Source of the DNA: Chrysemys picta bellii
Lineage: Eukaryota
Assembly (NCBI RefSeq): GCF_011386835.1
Contig: NC_088794.1
Location: 22,568,001-22,632,000 of the forward strand
Direction of reading: 5' to 3'
DNA: 64,000 nt
The notes beneath the pieces were generated by a model. That model was not told where the DNA came from. It did no database searches and saw only the letters and a program-made list of their open reading frames with translations. This document shows positions 10,801 to 23,549 of this stretch, piece after piece. The first letter of the stretch is position 1. Every line of letters starts with the position of its first letter. Position numbers and translations under genes: made by a program.

Positions 10801-13800
10801 ATGGGTTGCTTCCCAGCCCGGCTGCTATTGCTGGCACTAGCAGGTAAGGCATCGAGAAATTATCCCTCCCCTCCCGTAGACACGGAATATTCCATTTGTA
10901 GCACACTGCACTTGTTTGCTCTTGCACTTATCACGTTGCCGGCTGCGAGCAGGCACGGAAATTGGGCTCCCAGCTATTTGTGATGGCAGGAAATGCTCTG
11001 TCTGCTGGGTCTCCATATTTTTTTCCTCAGCAATTGTATATTTTAGAAAGAAAAGCTATCAAGTGGATTTCAGGGAGGATTTGAACACCCCAAATTGTGA
11101 AAACAGGCTCCTCTCCTGCTAGAAGGGATTCCTTATCCAAACCCACCTAGGAATTGGGTCCTGTCAATCTGGAGAAAGCAACAGAGAATGTGCTGTAGCG
11201 AACACTCCTACACTGAAAAGGGGGTGGACTAGATGATCAGACCAGTGCCAGTTTACCAGACTGTACCAGACAGAGCCAGCCTAGCTCCTGATTAGTTGTT
11301 CACACTCTAACCCACTTTGAAGACTGGCTGATGTAAGCTCCAGAGTGGAACAGAGCATGGACTATTCAATGGGAAGGAGACAGCTGATATGCACTGGCGC
11401 TCAGGACAGAGGCTCATTTAGGCAGGGGTAAGGAGCTTAGAATAACAATCACAGCAGCCTGAAGTAGTCGCAGGGATGGCAGGTCATTGGTTAAGAGCCA
11501 CTGTCCCCACAGGTCATTCTCAACTCTAACGTCAATTTGTTCTTTCCTTGGAAGGGCCCTGCATTGCAGGAAAGGACCTGGAAATGGTGAGAAGAGTGCG
11601 GGGAGGCGCGCTCACTACAGTGTGTCACTACAACGAACACAAGTATTTACAAAGTGAGAAATTTTGGTGCAAGGAGCTGTCAGACTTGGAATGCCGCACC
11701 ATAGTCCAGAGCTCCCCCACAGCAGGAAGGAATTCTCTAAATTCTCCAGATGCAAGGGTCAGCCTAAAAGACTTGGAAATTGGCTGGATTTCTGTGTCCA
11801 TGACGGAGCTCCGGGTAGAGGATTCGGGAATATACTGGTGTGGCGTTTCCGATCATATGAAGATTATCCCATTGAAAAAGATAAAAGTGGCAGTATCTTA
11901 TGAAGGTGAGCTACAGATCAGTGAAGAGCAGGTTGGGACACAAATCAACTCAAAGCTGGATATTCCAAATTAGATTCATGCTCCATTCCCAGGTTTAAAA
12001 CAAATAAAAGGAAGTTTTATTCACACAGCACAGTCAACTTGTGGAACTCCTTGCCTGAGGAGGTTGTGAAGCCTAGGACTATAACAGGGTTTAAAAGAGA
12101 ACTGGACAAATTCATGGAGGTTAAGTCCATTAATGGCTATTAGCCAGGATGGATAAGGAATGGTGTCCCTAGCCTCTGTTTGTCAGAGGGTGGAGATGGA
12201 TGGCAGGAGAGAGCTCACTTGATCATTACCTGTTAGGTTCACTCCCTCTGGGGCACCTGGCATTGCCACTGTCGGTAGACAGGATACTGGGCTGGATGGA
12301 CCTTTGGTCTGTCCCAGTACGGCCATTCTTATGCTCTTATGTTCTTATTCCCAGTCCTGTTTCTAAATAAAACACATTCTGTGCAGACAGATACGCCAGT
12401 GATACTACAGAGCGATGGCTAATATATTTTAACCCCAATTTTATATCTACTTATAGAAAAAACATACGTATCAGATGCATGTATGCATTTAAATGTGTGT
12501 GTGTATACATAAACAAACACACACACACATGCATCTATGCATCACATGCTAGCACATATATAGGTAGAAACCAGAGCTGGTTGGGAAATTTTCTTGCCCT
12601 ATGAAAACTTTTGATAAAAACAAAAAACCGTTTTTCCATTGTTTTTCAAAACACCACAAACAAGGGTTTCTGACCCCTTTAAAACAAATTGTTTTGGGTT
12701 AAAACTGAATATTTTCAGTTATGGGTTGTTGGATAAAAAAAAAATCCATATTTTTCCAGGAAGGTGAACATTTTTTGCACATATTCTCTGTTTCACACAC
12801 AGCCATTTTCCATTAAAAACAAATTCCCCTTTTAGACAGAAAATCTTTGGCCAACTCTAATAGAAACCCCACGACATGGAGAAACATCACTCCCAATTTG
12901 AAGTCCTGGTTACCAGTTGGAATGACCAATAAGAAGGATGGTCAGACCAGCTGCTAGACATCCCATCTCTGGGGCATCTTCACTTCTACCACCCCTGTCC
13001 CGTTTAACAGCTGTGTCTTGTTACTGTCCGTGAAAGGTGCCGCAACAGCAACCCTGGAGCCTTATCCTTACACACTGGGGAGGCCCAACATGGTGCAAGC
13101 TTCCCCATGCTCCTCGGATGCTAAGACTGCCAGGAGCAGAGGGGCTAGTGGTGAAGGTGCATTTTCAAAGTGATGGCAGCATTAGCAGATGCTCAGGCTG
13201 GATTCAGGGCTGCCCCATGGTGATTGATTGCAGCTTGGATACTGTGCAGTTTTCTGGTGGTAGTTGTGCACAGCCAATCCTAGGAAATATTTTCCTTGGG
13301 CTGGGAGAGATTATTTCCATGTCTTTTGTAAGCTACTGTTGGGCTGGAGTTTGGTCTGATCCTTTGTCTTCAGATTTAGATGCAGGGGGCATTTATACAC
13401 CCACAGGACATGTCTCTTTCTTTCCCTTTCTCACAATAACCAGTCACCGGTCTCTCTCTCCAGCTCCCATGAGGCTATCTGCCAAAAAAGGAGACTCCAT
13501 CTCCCTAAATTGTTCCTATTTTATGATGGACGACAGCAGAAGACCTAATAATTTTACCTGGTGCAAAATGATAACCGCAACCAGATGTCAACCTGTCGTC
13601 AGCGTTGAGATTGATCAGATTGTTAATATGCGAGAAAGGACCAGGATAAAGCTTGACCGGTGGAACAGAGTGATTATAGTGACCCTGGTGGCGCTCCAGC
13701 TACGTGACTCGGGGGAGTATCATTGTGAGACCCATCTCCAGGGAAGTACCGTGCTACTGAAGATGATCACACTGAATGTTTTGGGTGAGTTACTCAAAGA

Positions 13801-16800
13801 AAACTGGCCTTCCCTTAAAAGTCAGCAAATTCTCATCCCCTGGTGGATGTGGTTACAGGACAGAGCTCAGATGGGCTCCTCAGAGCAGGGAAATTCCAGG
13901 AGACAAATGCAAAAATCCTAAATTCACCTGTTCAGGCTTTTGATACCTACTAGTATCATCTACAAATTATCTTTTATATTGCCATGTGTTGTGGGTCTTG
14001 CGTAAAAGCCAATAAGAGCTTTAAAGAGGCTGGGCCTTCACCCCCAAAATTCTGACTTTTTTGAGGTTTAAGGCTGAGTTTGTGCCATTTGAGTTTTTGC
14101 TTGAATTAACTTTCAGTGTGCATTAAAAGGGAGTCGATCCGAACTGGGGTGGGTGAAATAAGAACTGAGCTGAATCCTGACCAAATCTCAGACTGAACAC
14201 GGCCCTTGGTCAAGGATCATGAACGCTGCATTTTGCTTTGATATTCCTCCTTTTCTGCCCTTCTCACTTTCAGCCAGTGCAGGAAGCAGCAATACAAGAA
14301 CAGGCCATAGGAACAGCCACTCTGGTGGAGGGTCTGACTTGGGTGGAAATGGACTCCTCACAAGAAGAGGCCCTTCCCCATAAAATCTGCAGCCTAATAA
14401 TAGCAAAGGAGTTCAGCTAAGTTAAGCTAAGTTCTGAGCGTTTGGATGCTTATACGAATGGGACCTCTGGTCCTTGTGAGGTTTAACCGGCAGCGCTCAA
14501 AATTTGCTCTCTTGTCATGCCCATGCTTTTCTCTGTCATACAATAAGATTCTGCAAGGCACTGGGGCCCAGTTCTTCAAAAGAATTTAGGTGCCAAACTC
14601 CCACTGAAATCAATGGGAGTTAGGCACCTGAATTCTTTTGAAGAACTGGGCCTGAGTGCTCTGGAGATGAGGGAATTTAGCATCTCCGAGAAAGCGCTTA
14701 ACACCTTGCAAGATCAGGTGCACAGAAATTGGAGATTACATAGCCCTTCCCTTCTGGCCAATGCACGATGGTTCCCGTCAGTATATTTCTCTGGGCTTTC
14801 TCCAATCTCGTTTTAATTATCTCATTTGAGGAGCTTCCACCACTTCCCTCGCAAGATTATTCCAAAGACCAAGAGACCTCACTCATAGGAATATTTTTTG
14901 CTGGTAAATGGCAAAAGGATAGGGTGGATTTCCACAGGAAACCCATGTTACATGCTCACTGCTAACAAACAAGTTAACTCTGTTCTTCTTATTCCTCATG
15001 ACGAGGACATGGCTACAAGGGAAAGGTTCACTCGTACTATCTTCATCATGGGGTGTGTATATTTCCAGAATCTTATGATAGGACAGCTTTTGTGACTACA
15101 TCCCGTCCCACTGACGACATAGGAGCCGTCCTCCCAACTGCAGCCAGGAATGATCAGCAGAGGTAAAGACAGAAAGAAAAAAATTCAGGCTCAGCTAAAT
15201 GCAAGATTCACAGTAAAAGGGTGGAAATCTCCATTCCCAGTTCACCCTAATTGTTGTGCGTGTGGTTTCCCATAGCTGGTACTCGGAGGTCAATCTCAAT
15301 GTCCTCTGTATCATGGTTGGATTGCTGGGCACTAAATTCCTGACAGCACTCCTGATCTTTATCGTCGCCAGCCAAAGGAGAAGCAGAGCCACAGAGCAGG
15401 AGATCCACGGCCCGGAACAAACACCAGCTCCTTCCCCCTCCCCCCCAGGTAATCTCACTGAGTGTATACGGGGCAGGATGAACCCCAGCTGGGAGAGCGT
15501 TCCCCAGTGCTGGGCCCCAGACATAAGCAAGGTAGAGGAGTCTGGGGAGGATGAGCAGTGCGAACCGGGAGGAAGGCTGAAGGATATAACTTAGCTGCTT
15601 GTCAAGGAAGACAATAAAACATTTGAGAAGCTAACTGTAGCAATAACCCCTCATGGGTCACCAGTTCTGTTTGACCTGACAGCAGAGACCTTGATTACTT
15701 GCACTAAAGGGGTAACTCCACATTAGCTGGCGGCAGTAGTAGTCTGTTACCTCTATGTGGACCAGCCACTAGAGGGTGACGCAGCACACACTTTGACTCA
15801 TGCCCCTCACGTAACAGGCAAAAAGCGAGCCATCAAAGACATTAATGATATTAACAAAGGCAATATTGTAAGAATAATTTTAAAACATACAGGCAACTTT
15901 AATGGATTGTGGGATCTCTCTTCCAGGCCTTTAATAAAAGTCTTTCCAGGTGGAGAATGTTTAAAGGTTTCAAATCCAGTGGATCTGAGTGAGCTAGAGG
16001 TGCCACTCAAACCTCCAACCCTGCCACAATGGCAAAAGGACCCTTTAACCTGTGACAAAGGGAGCTGAGGATACCAGCAATGCTTAGAATAGCCCAGATT
16101 TCCTTCCTTTCTTCAGGATAAACAGTATTTACTAGGATCTCAGATTGGTCTTTCAGGTTTCTCATGCAAACTGTATAATCTGTTGTGGGGTTTTCCTCTC
16201 TAGGGGGTGAAAAGTCTGTTCATTTGTCCTCTGGCCCTTTCAGTCCTTGGCCTTGCTATTGAAGTGGCCTAGAAAGAGGCCATTTAGTGCAATTCTGGTG
16301 GCGGTTTTGTGTGTGGATGAAGAGGACACCTGTCCACTGGACACTGAAGTGAGATTCACCACTCCTTTAACGAAAGCCATCGGAAGTGAACAGTCAATGC
16401 AGACCTGGGCTACATTTAAACCATCCCATTCTCAGACTAGTTACACTAAGGAGAAAATGCCTAGAGGCAAAAGGGACCAAAGATACGATGTTTGGCATCA
16501 CGCTCATCTAGTTCACGAGTGAGATGATCGGTCTAGTACCTTAGCCAATGTGTCTCGGGAACAATTTACAGGGTACAATAGTCTATTTGTAGGCTTGGCA
16601 GAATTCAATTTTTGTTATATAATTTTAACATAAAATATTGATGGTTATTTAAGCTTTTGAAACGTTTATCTATTTAAATTTTCACTGTTGCAGGAAATTA
16701 TGGGGGAAGTCAGACAATTATTTAATGCCAGTAAATGTTGAGATTCGAACAGTTAAAGCTTTGTCACAGCTAAAACACAAATTGTCAACATCACATGCCA

Positions 16801-17700
16801 CAATATACAAAGTAAATATCCTCACATCAAACTGTGATCCATTCTCAAGCAGCATTTTTCTTACTTTGACTATCTGTACATTTAGATGATTATCGATGAA
16901 AACATTTTTGCATTGGCTTGTGCGTGTATGATGAAACCAACATTTACCGATAAAAATCCAATCCTTGTGCATAGCTCAAACATATGATACAGCGGACCCT
17001 CGCTAGAACGCGCGTCTATATAGCGCAAAATCGCTTATAGCCTGGGACCACGCATGGATCCCAAATGTAATTACTTTCATTGGAATCCATGGTAATGCAG
17101 TCCCCACTATTACGCGGGACTGCGCATGGATCCAAAACCCCACGTTCTAGCTAGGGTCCAGTGTACTAAAATAAAATCCACTGTTGTGTTTCAGATCTCC
17201 AAGGCTAGTTACACTAGGGAGGGTCAAACACCACCACAGATGTGACTGCCCCATTATCCACACCAGGGTGACCCTGTTAACTGCAATCATTACTATTTGT
17301 ATTATGGTGGCACCCAGGAGCTCCAGTCATGGATCAGACCCCCCTTGTGCTAGGCACTGTACAAACACAAAACAGAAAGTTTTTCTCTGCCCCAAAGAGC
17401 TTGCAATCAGAGTAGAAGACAATAGACAAGAAATGCATGCAACAGACAGAGGGAACTAGGTAACAGTAAGATCATACTGACCAGCCTGATAAGCAGTGGT
17501 CACAATCCTGATTTACCCTGCCACCAATGGAGACCCAGGCTTCAAATATGGGTGGGGGCAGAGGCACGTTTTCAGAAAAGCAGACAGCTCCTTGAAACCA
17601 GCATGGATTCCTCATCCCTTACTCCATACTTAACCAATTTCCTGTTTTCTTTCCAGGATTAAAGAGAGGAAAGGAAAACACTAGTAAGACAAGGATGTGA
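10801..17700 (+). CDS. Gene B1: two-IgV TREM/NCR2/CD300-like receptor, activating type, 341 aa
   Basis: Exons: 10801-10843 (signal MGCFPARLLLLALAG), 11555-11905 (V1, CHYNEHKYLQSEKFWCK..EDSGIYWC), 13464-13784 (V2), 15069-15162 (stalk), 15276-15448 (TM NVLCIMVGLLGTKFLTALLIFIVA), 17657-17700 (tail GLKRGKENTSKTRM*). GT-AG introns, consistent phases, 1026 nt. Confidence 0.85.
11993..12346 (+). mobile_element. 5'-truncated CR1 LINE 3' end (intron 2 of B1)
   Basis: Typical CR1 3' UTR ending in ttcttatg-type repeats; 8-bp TSD attcccag (11985-11992, 12347-12354). Confidence 0.85.
12573..12859. mobile_element. Old AT-rich TIR element in intron 2, shared by A- and B-type genes
   Basis: agagctggttgg...ttggccaactcta; diverged homolog in A1 at about 3401-3687 (gagctggtt...gaccagct) and in the other copies. 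It predates the A/B split. Confidence 0.5.
14565..14652. mobile_element. Short palindromic MITE-like element
   Basis: ggcccagttcttcaaaagaatttaggtgcc...ggcacctgaattcttttgaagaactgggcc hairpin; paralog at 47625-47712. Confidence 0.65.
16592..16978. mobile_element. Degenerate AT-rich hAT-like element
   Basis: Starts taggcttggcagaatt with a decayed end aaaaatccaatccttg; paralog at about 49643-50030. Confidence 0.4.
16990..17163. mobile_element. Tc1/mariner (Tigger-like) MITE, 174 bp (last intron of B1)
   Basis: TA|cagcggaccctcgctagaacg...cgttctagctagggtccagtg|TA: imperfect 21-bp TIR with TA TSD. Confidence 0.75.
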
Positions 17701-18091
17701 TGGAAGGAGAAGTAGGCAAAGAAAAAGAATTCCAAGAGTCTTTCCAGCCAAGCTCCCAACTCCTCCAACACTTATACATATACACGCAGAGATGCTCACA
17801 CAGATATTGACACCTGCAGAGAGAGACATGCTTCGGATGAGAAAGTTCTGCTCAGTTTTCCCAGTGCCTCCAGCCATGACAGATAAACCTTTGCTTGCTA
17901 ACCCCCGTTTTACCTGCAAAACTAATAGACGATGCCTAGGTGCAAAAGGAACTGAAGACACAGCATTTGGCAATGTGCACACCTAATTCCGGAGAGAGAC
18001 TTGGAGTGTTGCACCTGAGCCATCTAGCCATCAGGACCAATCTCCAGGGGCCGCAATGGGGTATAGGCATTACTCACACATAGGATGCTAA

Positions 18092-18097
18092 AATAAA
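18092..18097 (+). terminator. Poly(A) signal of B1
   Basis: AATAAA homologous to the A-type signal (aataaa(a)ggcattgttg). Confidence 0.6.
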
Positions 18098-18126
18098 AGG
18101 CATTGTTGGGTGTCAGATTGACAAGA

Positions 18127-19207
18127 TGTGACGTTATTAATATAATCTGGGACCATATAGATCATTGCTGCAACCAAGGTCCTGTAGTGGCACGCAAATC
18201 TTGTATAAAGGGGGTCAAATGGGGTGTCTAAGACAAGGTTATGGTTTACTGGTTATGATTAGGCTGTCTATATGTGTATCAATTTTGTAGTTAAAGTTAT
18301 AAATATTGGCTCTATACTGTCTGTATTTCAAACTTATGCTATGCTGCTGGGTGACATCCCAGACAAACTGGTGTTAGCTCTGCCGAGCCTGCTTGACGGC
18401 CCATTAAGGACCATCAGCTATACAATGGACCCATTGAGAGAAGGCAAATATGCCTTGAGACTCAGCAAAGTATGCAGGAACTTGCCCATGTGACTCCAGA
18501 CTCCATTTTGCCGTAATTTTCCACAGTAAGAACAAAGAGGTGTTCTTACACCTGGAAAAGACTATATAAGGCGGATGCCTCATCTCCATCTTGTCTTCAA
18601 TCCTGCTTCATACCTCTGGAGGAACTTTGCTACAAGCTGAAGCTTTGAACAAAGGACCGAGGACCCATCCCAGCGGGGGATGTATTCCAGAGACTTGATT
18701 TGAACCTGCAGTTTATTCCATTGCTGCTGCAAGCCTGAACCAAGAACTTTGCCATTACTGTATGTAATTGATTCCATTTAGCCAATTCTAACTCTCATCT
18801 ATATCTTTTTCCTTTTATGAATAAACCTTTAGATTTTAGATTCTAAAGGATTGGCAACAGCGTGATTTGTGGGTAAGATCTGATTTGTATATTGACCTGG
18901 GTCTGGGGCTTGGTCCTTTGGGATCAGGAGAACCTTTTTCTTTTACTGGGGTATTGGTTTTCATAACCATTTGTCCCCATAACGAGTGGCACTGGTGGTA
19001 ATACTGGGAAACTGGAGTGTCTAAGGAGATTGCTTGTGAGACTTGCGGTTAGCCAGTGGGGTGAGACCGAAGTCCTCTTAGTCTGGCTGGTTTGGTTTGC
19101 CTTAGAGGTGGAAAAAAACCCCAGCCTTGGGCTGTAACTGCCCTATTTGAGCAATTTGTCCTGAGTTGGCACTCTCAGTTGGGTTCCGCCAGAACCACAT
19201 TGTCACA
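18127..19207 (+). mobile_element. Solo LTR, 1081 bp, downstream of B1 only
   Basis: TGTGAC...GTCACA termini, flanks caag(a)/caag(c); internal TATA-like tatataag near 18563 and AATAAA near 18820. Empty site at about 51175-51180 (gattgacaagcgtatt). Confidence 0.85.
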
Positions 19208-20202
19208 CAAGCGTATTGTCCTGATTCATCCGAACTCCGGGTGTGCCCACACTGCAATCAACAATGTGACAGCAGGACACGTAGGCATACCCAAGTTCGC
19301 GTTGATCTAGCTAGCGCCGGTAAGAATAGCAGTGAACCTGCAGCAGCACGAGCTGTACAATCCCCCCAGGACTCTGGGTATGTTGAGCTGCTAGCCCAAG
19401 CTGCTGAGGATTCGCTGCTATCGTGCATTGGGCTTGAGGAACATAGAGCTATTAAAGTCAGCAGATACCAGTGACAGAGTGCTACGGGCTACATTTCTCT
19501 CCCTGACTCAGCAAATTCCTTTCCCAGGGTGATAATTGTACCATGCTCTGGATCCCACTAGCAGCTGGGATACCGGCTGTTTTGCCCGATGAGTCTGCAG
19601 ACATATGGAAGCTGTTACCTGTACTGCCTCTCACAAATAGGCTGTGAGCTGAGACCCACCAAACTCATGCCACCTCAGAGAGCAGTGCCCGCAGTGCCAG
19701 GAAAAAGAGACGGTGCTGTCTGTTTGTAGCCAATGAGACAAGGCAGGGGAGTGATACCACAATTTGATGCACACACAAAGCATCAAGTGAGCTGAAGACT
19801 CACTGTTTGCTGGGTACCTGACACTGTGTTTCCTGGCGGTGTCGCTAGGTTCGGACACAATGCGTGCACACCCCAGATAACCAGCTGCAGCCACGTCCTG
19901 TCCATTCGGGAGCCTTTGCAGTTTGTGTCCATGGTCCTCGGGTTTATACGGGAGCAGCACGCGCAGCAAGTGGCCGGCTCAGCCAGCAGACATCCACTTC
20001 CTACCCGCTAGGTGATGAGACAGGAACAGCAAGGGCTCCCTTTTAAAGGGGCAGGACGTAAGCCAAACCTGCAGGGCTCATTTCACAGCACTGGAAGGGA
20101 GACCCCCCACTGCAGCCCCTGTAGGCTGGGAAGAACTGATGGAGACTTGGGGTGGGGAGGAAGATCTGAGGACAGCAGAGGCCAAAGTTACCTTATTCCA
20201 TA

Positions 20203-21425
20203 TGTGACGGGTTGGATCACAGAAACCCCCTTGGGAGCTGCCACCTAATGTACCAAGACTACTTCTATTCCTGTTTTCCCTGCCAGCTCAGGACTCCAGC
20301 AACCTGTCTTGCTGAGCCAGACACTCCCGTCTGCTCCAACACAGACCCAGGGTCTGAATCACTTGCCCCAAAGCCGCAAGTTTACCTGAAAACAGCTCAC
20401 AGAAGTGTGCTTGTCTTTAGCACTCAAATGCCCAACTCCCAATGGGGTCTAAACCCAAATAAATCCGTTTTACCCTGCATAAAGCTTATGCAGGGCAAAC
20501 TCATAAATTGTTCGCCCTCTATAACACTGATAGAGAGATGTGCACAGTTCTTTGCTCCCCCAGGTATTAATACATACTCTGAGTAAATTACTAAATAAAA
20601 AGTGATTTTATTAAATACAGAAAATAGGATTTAAGTGGTTCCAAGTAGTAACAGACAGAACAAAGTAAGTCTCAAAAGAAAAGAAAAGAAAATGCGCAAA
20701 TCGATGCCTAGTCAAACTGAATACAGATAATCTCACCCTCAGAGATGCTTCAGTAAGTTTTTTCTCAGACTGGACACCTTCCAGGCCTGGGCACAATTCT
20801 TTCCCCTGGTACAGCTCTTGTTGCAGCTCAGGTGATAGCTAGGGGATTCTTCATGATTGCTCCTCTCTCCCTTTGTTCTCTTCCACCCCTTTATATATCT
20901 TTTGCATAAGGCGGGAACCCTTTGTCCCTCTGGGTTTCCACCCCCCCTCACTGGAAAAGCACCAAGTTAAAGATGACATATGAAACAGGTTTAAGATGGA
21001 TTCCAGTTCAGGTGACATGATCACATGTCACTGCAAGACTTCATTGCTCACTTGCCAGCACACACATATACAGGAAGACTAACAGGTAAACACAGCCATC
21101 TGCAGACAATGGTCCTTGTTAATGGGAGTCATCAAGATTCCAAACCATCATTAATGGCCCACACTTTACATAATTACAATAGACCCTCAGGGTTATGTTT
21201 TATATTTCTAGTTTTAGATACAAGAGTGGTACCTTTCTACAAATAGGATGATCACACTCAGTAGATTATGAGCTTTGTAATACCTTACAAGAGACCTTTT
21301 GCACGAAGCATATCCCAGTTGCATTATATTCACTTATTATCAAATTTTTATAAAACTATCCCAGTTAGATTATATTCACTTATTATCATGTTTTTATAAA
21401 ACCATATAGACTGCACAATGTCACA
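20203..21425. mobile_element. Solo LTR, 1223 bp, 5-bp TSD ccata
   Basis: TGTGAC...GTCACA termini with a perfect ccata duplication at 20198-20202 and 21426-21430. Confidence 0.88.
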
Positions 21426-22208
21426 CCATACATTTGGGAACGTTGGCAACTCTGTCTCACACACACACTGGGGGTGGGCAGGGGAAGGACAGACCCCAAA
21501 AACCCTATAATCTTTCTATGTAAAATTCATGATTTGGGGACAAATCATGATTTTGTGGGGGCTAACTCATGATTTTTGAGCCTGGCAGTAACGCACATAA
21601 AAGCTAGGTGCTGTTTTTATTCTCAAAACCACAGCTCATTTCACCTGGGTTTGAGGTTCTCTGCCTTGCAATCATGGAAGAGGAATCCAGGGCCAGGCTG
21701 GGGGTGGTAAGGAGAGAGCGGGGCTCTTTGCTCACAGTCTTTAGACTCAGGGAGGATGAATCCTGTAGGTTTCCTACCCGCAGCAGCTTGGATCTTTGAG
21801 GACCAGAGTTTCAGCACTATTAGCTGACAATAGCACAAGAACCAGCTGCACAAGACAGAACAATGGGCTCGGAGCCTGGTCACTGCTCGGTGTTAAAAGA
21901 TCTGTTGTTTCCTGATTTCACAAGAAACCAGGCTGCAAAAATAGGGTAACCGAGCTATGGTTTTTTTTCCACTCTCTTATTGCGGTGTCATCCGCATGCG
22001 AGTTTGACTTATCACTGGCCCCAAAGCAAAGCTGAATCTGGCCATCCCGGGAGAGGATCTCGTTACACAATGCAAAACACTGACACCAGCAAGAACTCAC
22101 CCCCAGAATGCTGCACCCGAACGGCCAAACCCAGTACTAGCAGCAATGCTCTCCTTTCCCCCGCACTGGTTGTAAACCCAAGGCAGAGCCAAACAAAACT
22201 GACTTATA

Positions 22209-22482
22209 GGGTTTGTCTACACACACAATTGGTTTGTGGAAAGTTGAGGTGTGAGCGTACGCTGTACTAGCCTGCCGCGGACTAACTGCCCACGTGACCC
22301 TGCTGACGCTGACTAACAGTTCGTCAATCCACTGTGACCTACTCCTCTTCGAAACAGGATTAGCTCAAAACACACCGACGAACCGTTAATGCGCATCGGC
22401 GGGTGCACAGGCACTAACCGTGCGGGCTAGTGTGGGTCTCACACCAGCTTGCTGCCAACTAAATATTTGTGTAGACAAGCCC
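22209..22482. mobile_element. PIF/Harbinger-type MITE upstream of A2
   Basis: Paralogous copy of 716-989. Confidence 0.78.
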
Positions 22483-23549
22483 ATACTCCCACCCCGCACA
22501 CACACACACCCACACACACCATGAAGACTATAGCTGGTTTTCCCATCCCGTGAAAAATGTCAAGATTTCAAAATGTTTCCCCTACCACACTGGGATGAAA
22601 CCGAGTCCTTTTGAAGTTTTTTTGTGAAACACCCAATAGGAAGAAGATCAGAATAACCAATAGCCCAGGAGTTATGGCAGTCACCTCAGTTCTGAGTGCC
22701 CAGTGCGCTGTTCCAATGAACAGGTCATTATTTATACAAAGTTGGAACAGCTTCAACAGGAGAGATTGAGAGAGACGCATCCCAGAACAGCCAATAGGAC
22801 TGGATGGATCAGCTGAGCCAAGCCATGCATTCCAATCTCCCACATGGAGGCGAACCAACATGATCCCGCTTCCCTTTCCTCAGCACTGTAATCCTCCTCC
22901 TTGTTGTATGGCTTTAAACAAAAATATCTTCTCCGGGTCAACATCCCAAACACAGAGCTAGAGGATGACCCAAGGGACCCTGATGGGAAGCAACTTGGGG
23001 GGTGCTCTACTAAGGAGATGGCATGGCCTAATGGATTGGGCACTGGCCTCAGACTCAGGAGACCCGTGTTCTGCTCCCATCTCTGACCAGCTGTGTAATA
23101 CCAGGCAAAGGAATTGCCCATCTCTGTTTTCCTAGCAGGACAATGTAGCTATGGCTAAGTCCCCGCTTTATAAAGTGCTTTGAGATCTAGGGATACAAAA
23201 CTAAAAGCTGTTCATGTACTATACACCAAGGCTTCAAATGTCATTAAAAATAGAACATCTGCTACTCTCTCTTTTTTCCCCTCACTCCCCATTTCCAAAA
23301 GCAGATATCTAAACATGTGCTAAAACGAGAAGCAGCTGATAGCCAAAATGCAGGCTTCCTGTGTGAAGGCTCAGATTAGGACTGTGGTAGAAGCATCTTT
23401 CCAACAATTGCAAACGATACTGTCACTCTGGAGCATGACGACACAAACAGTGACAAAGGGAGTTCACCGCCGACCCATATTGACAGCAACAAAGAAGCCT
23501 CAATGCTGCATTCCACCTCTCCAAGATCTAAACCACTTCCCATTACAGG

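Noticed and set aside
13037-13463. Long ORF extensions upstream of the V2 exon (also 25583, 46098, 57650)
   Set aside because: They run through intron 2 across a strong polypyrimidine-AG acceptor, start at different non-ATG codons, are broken by stops in A1/A3, and show no domain-like sequence.
14254-14345. Candidate B stalk exon after cttctcactttcag
   Set aside because: No good donor, and a 1-nt frameshift between B1 and B2; the V2-to-15069 join is already in phase.
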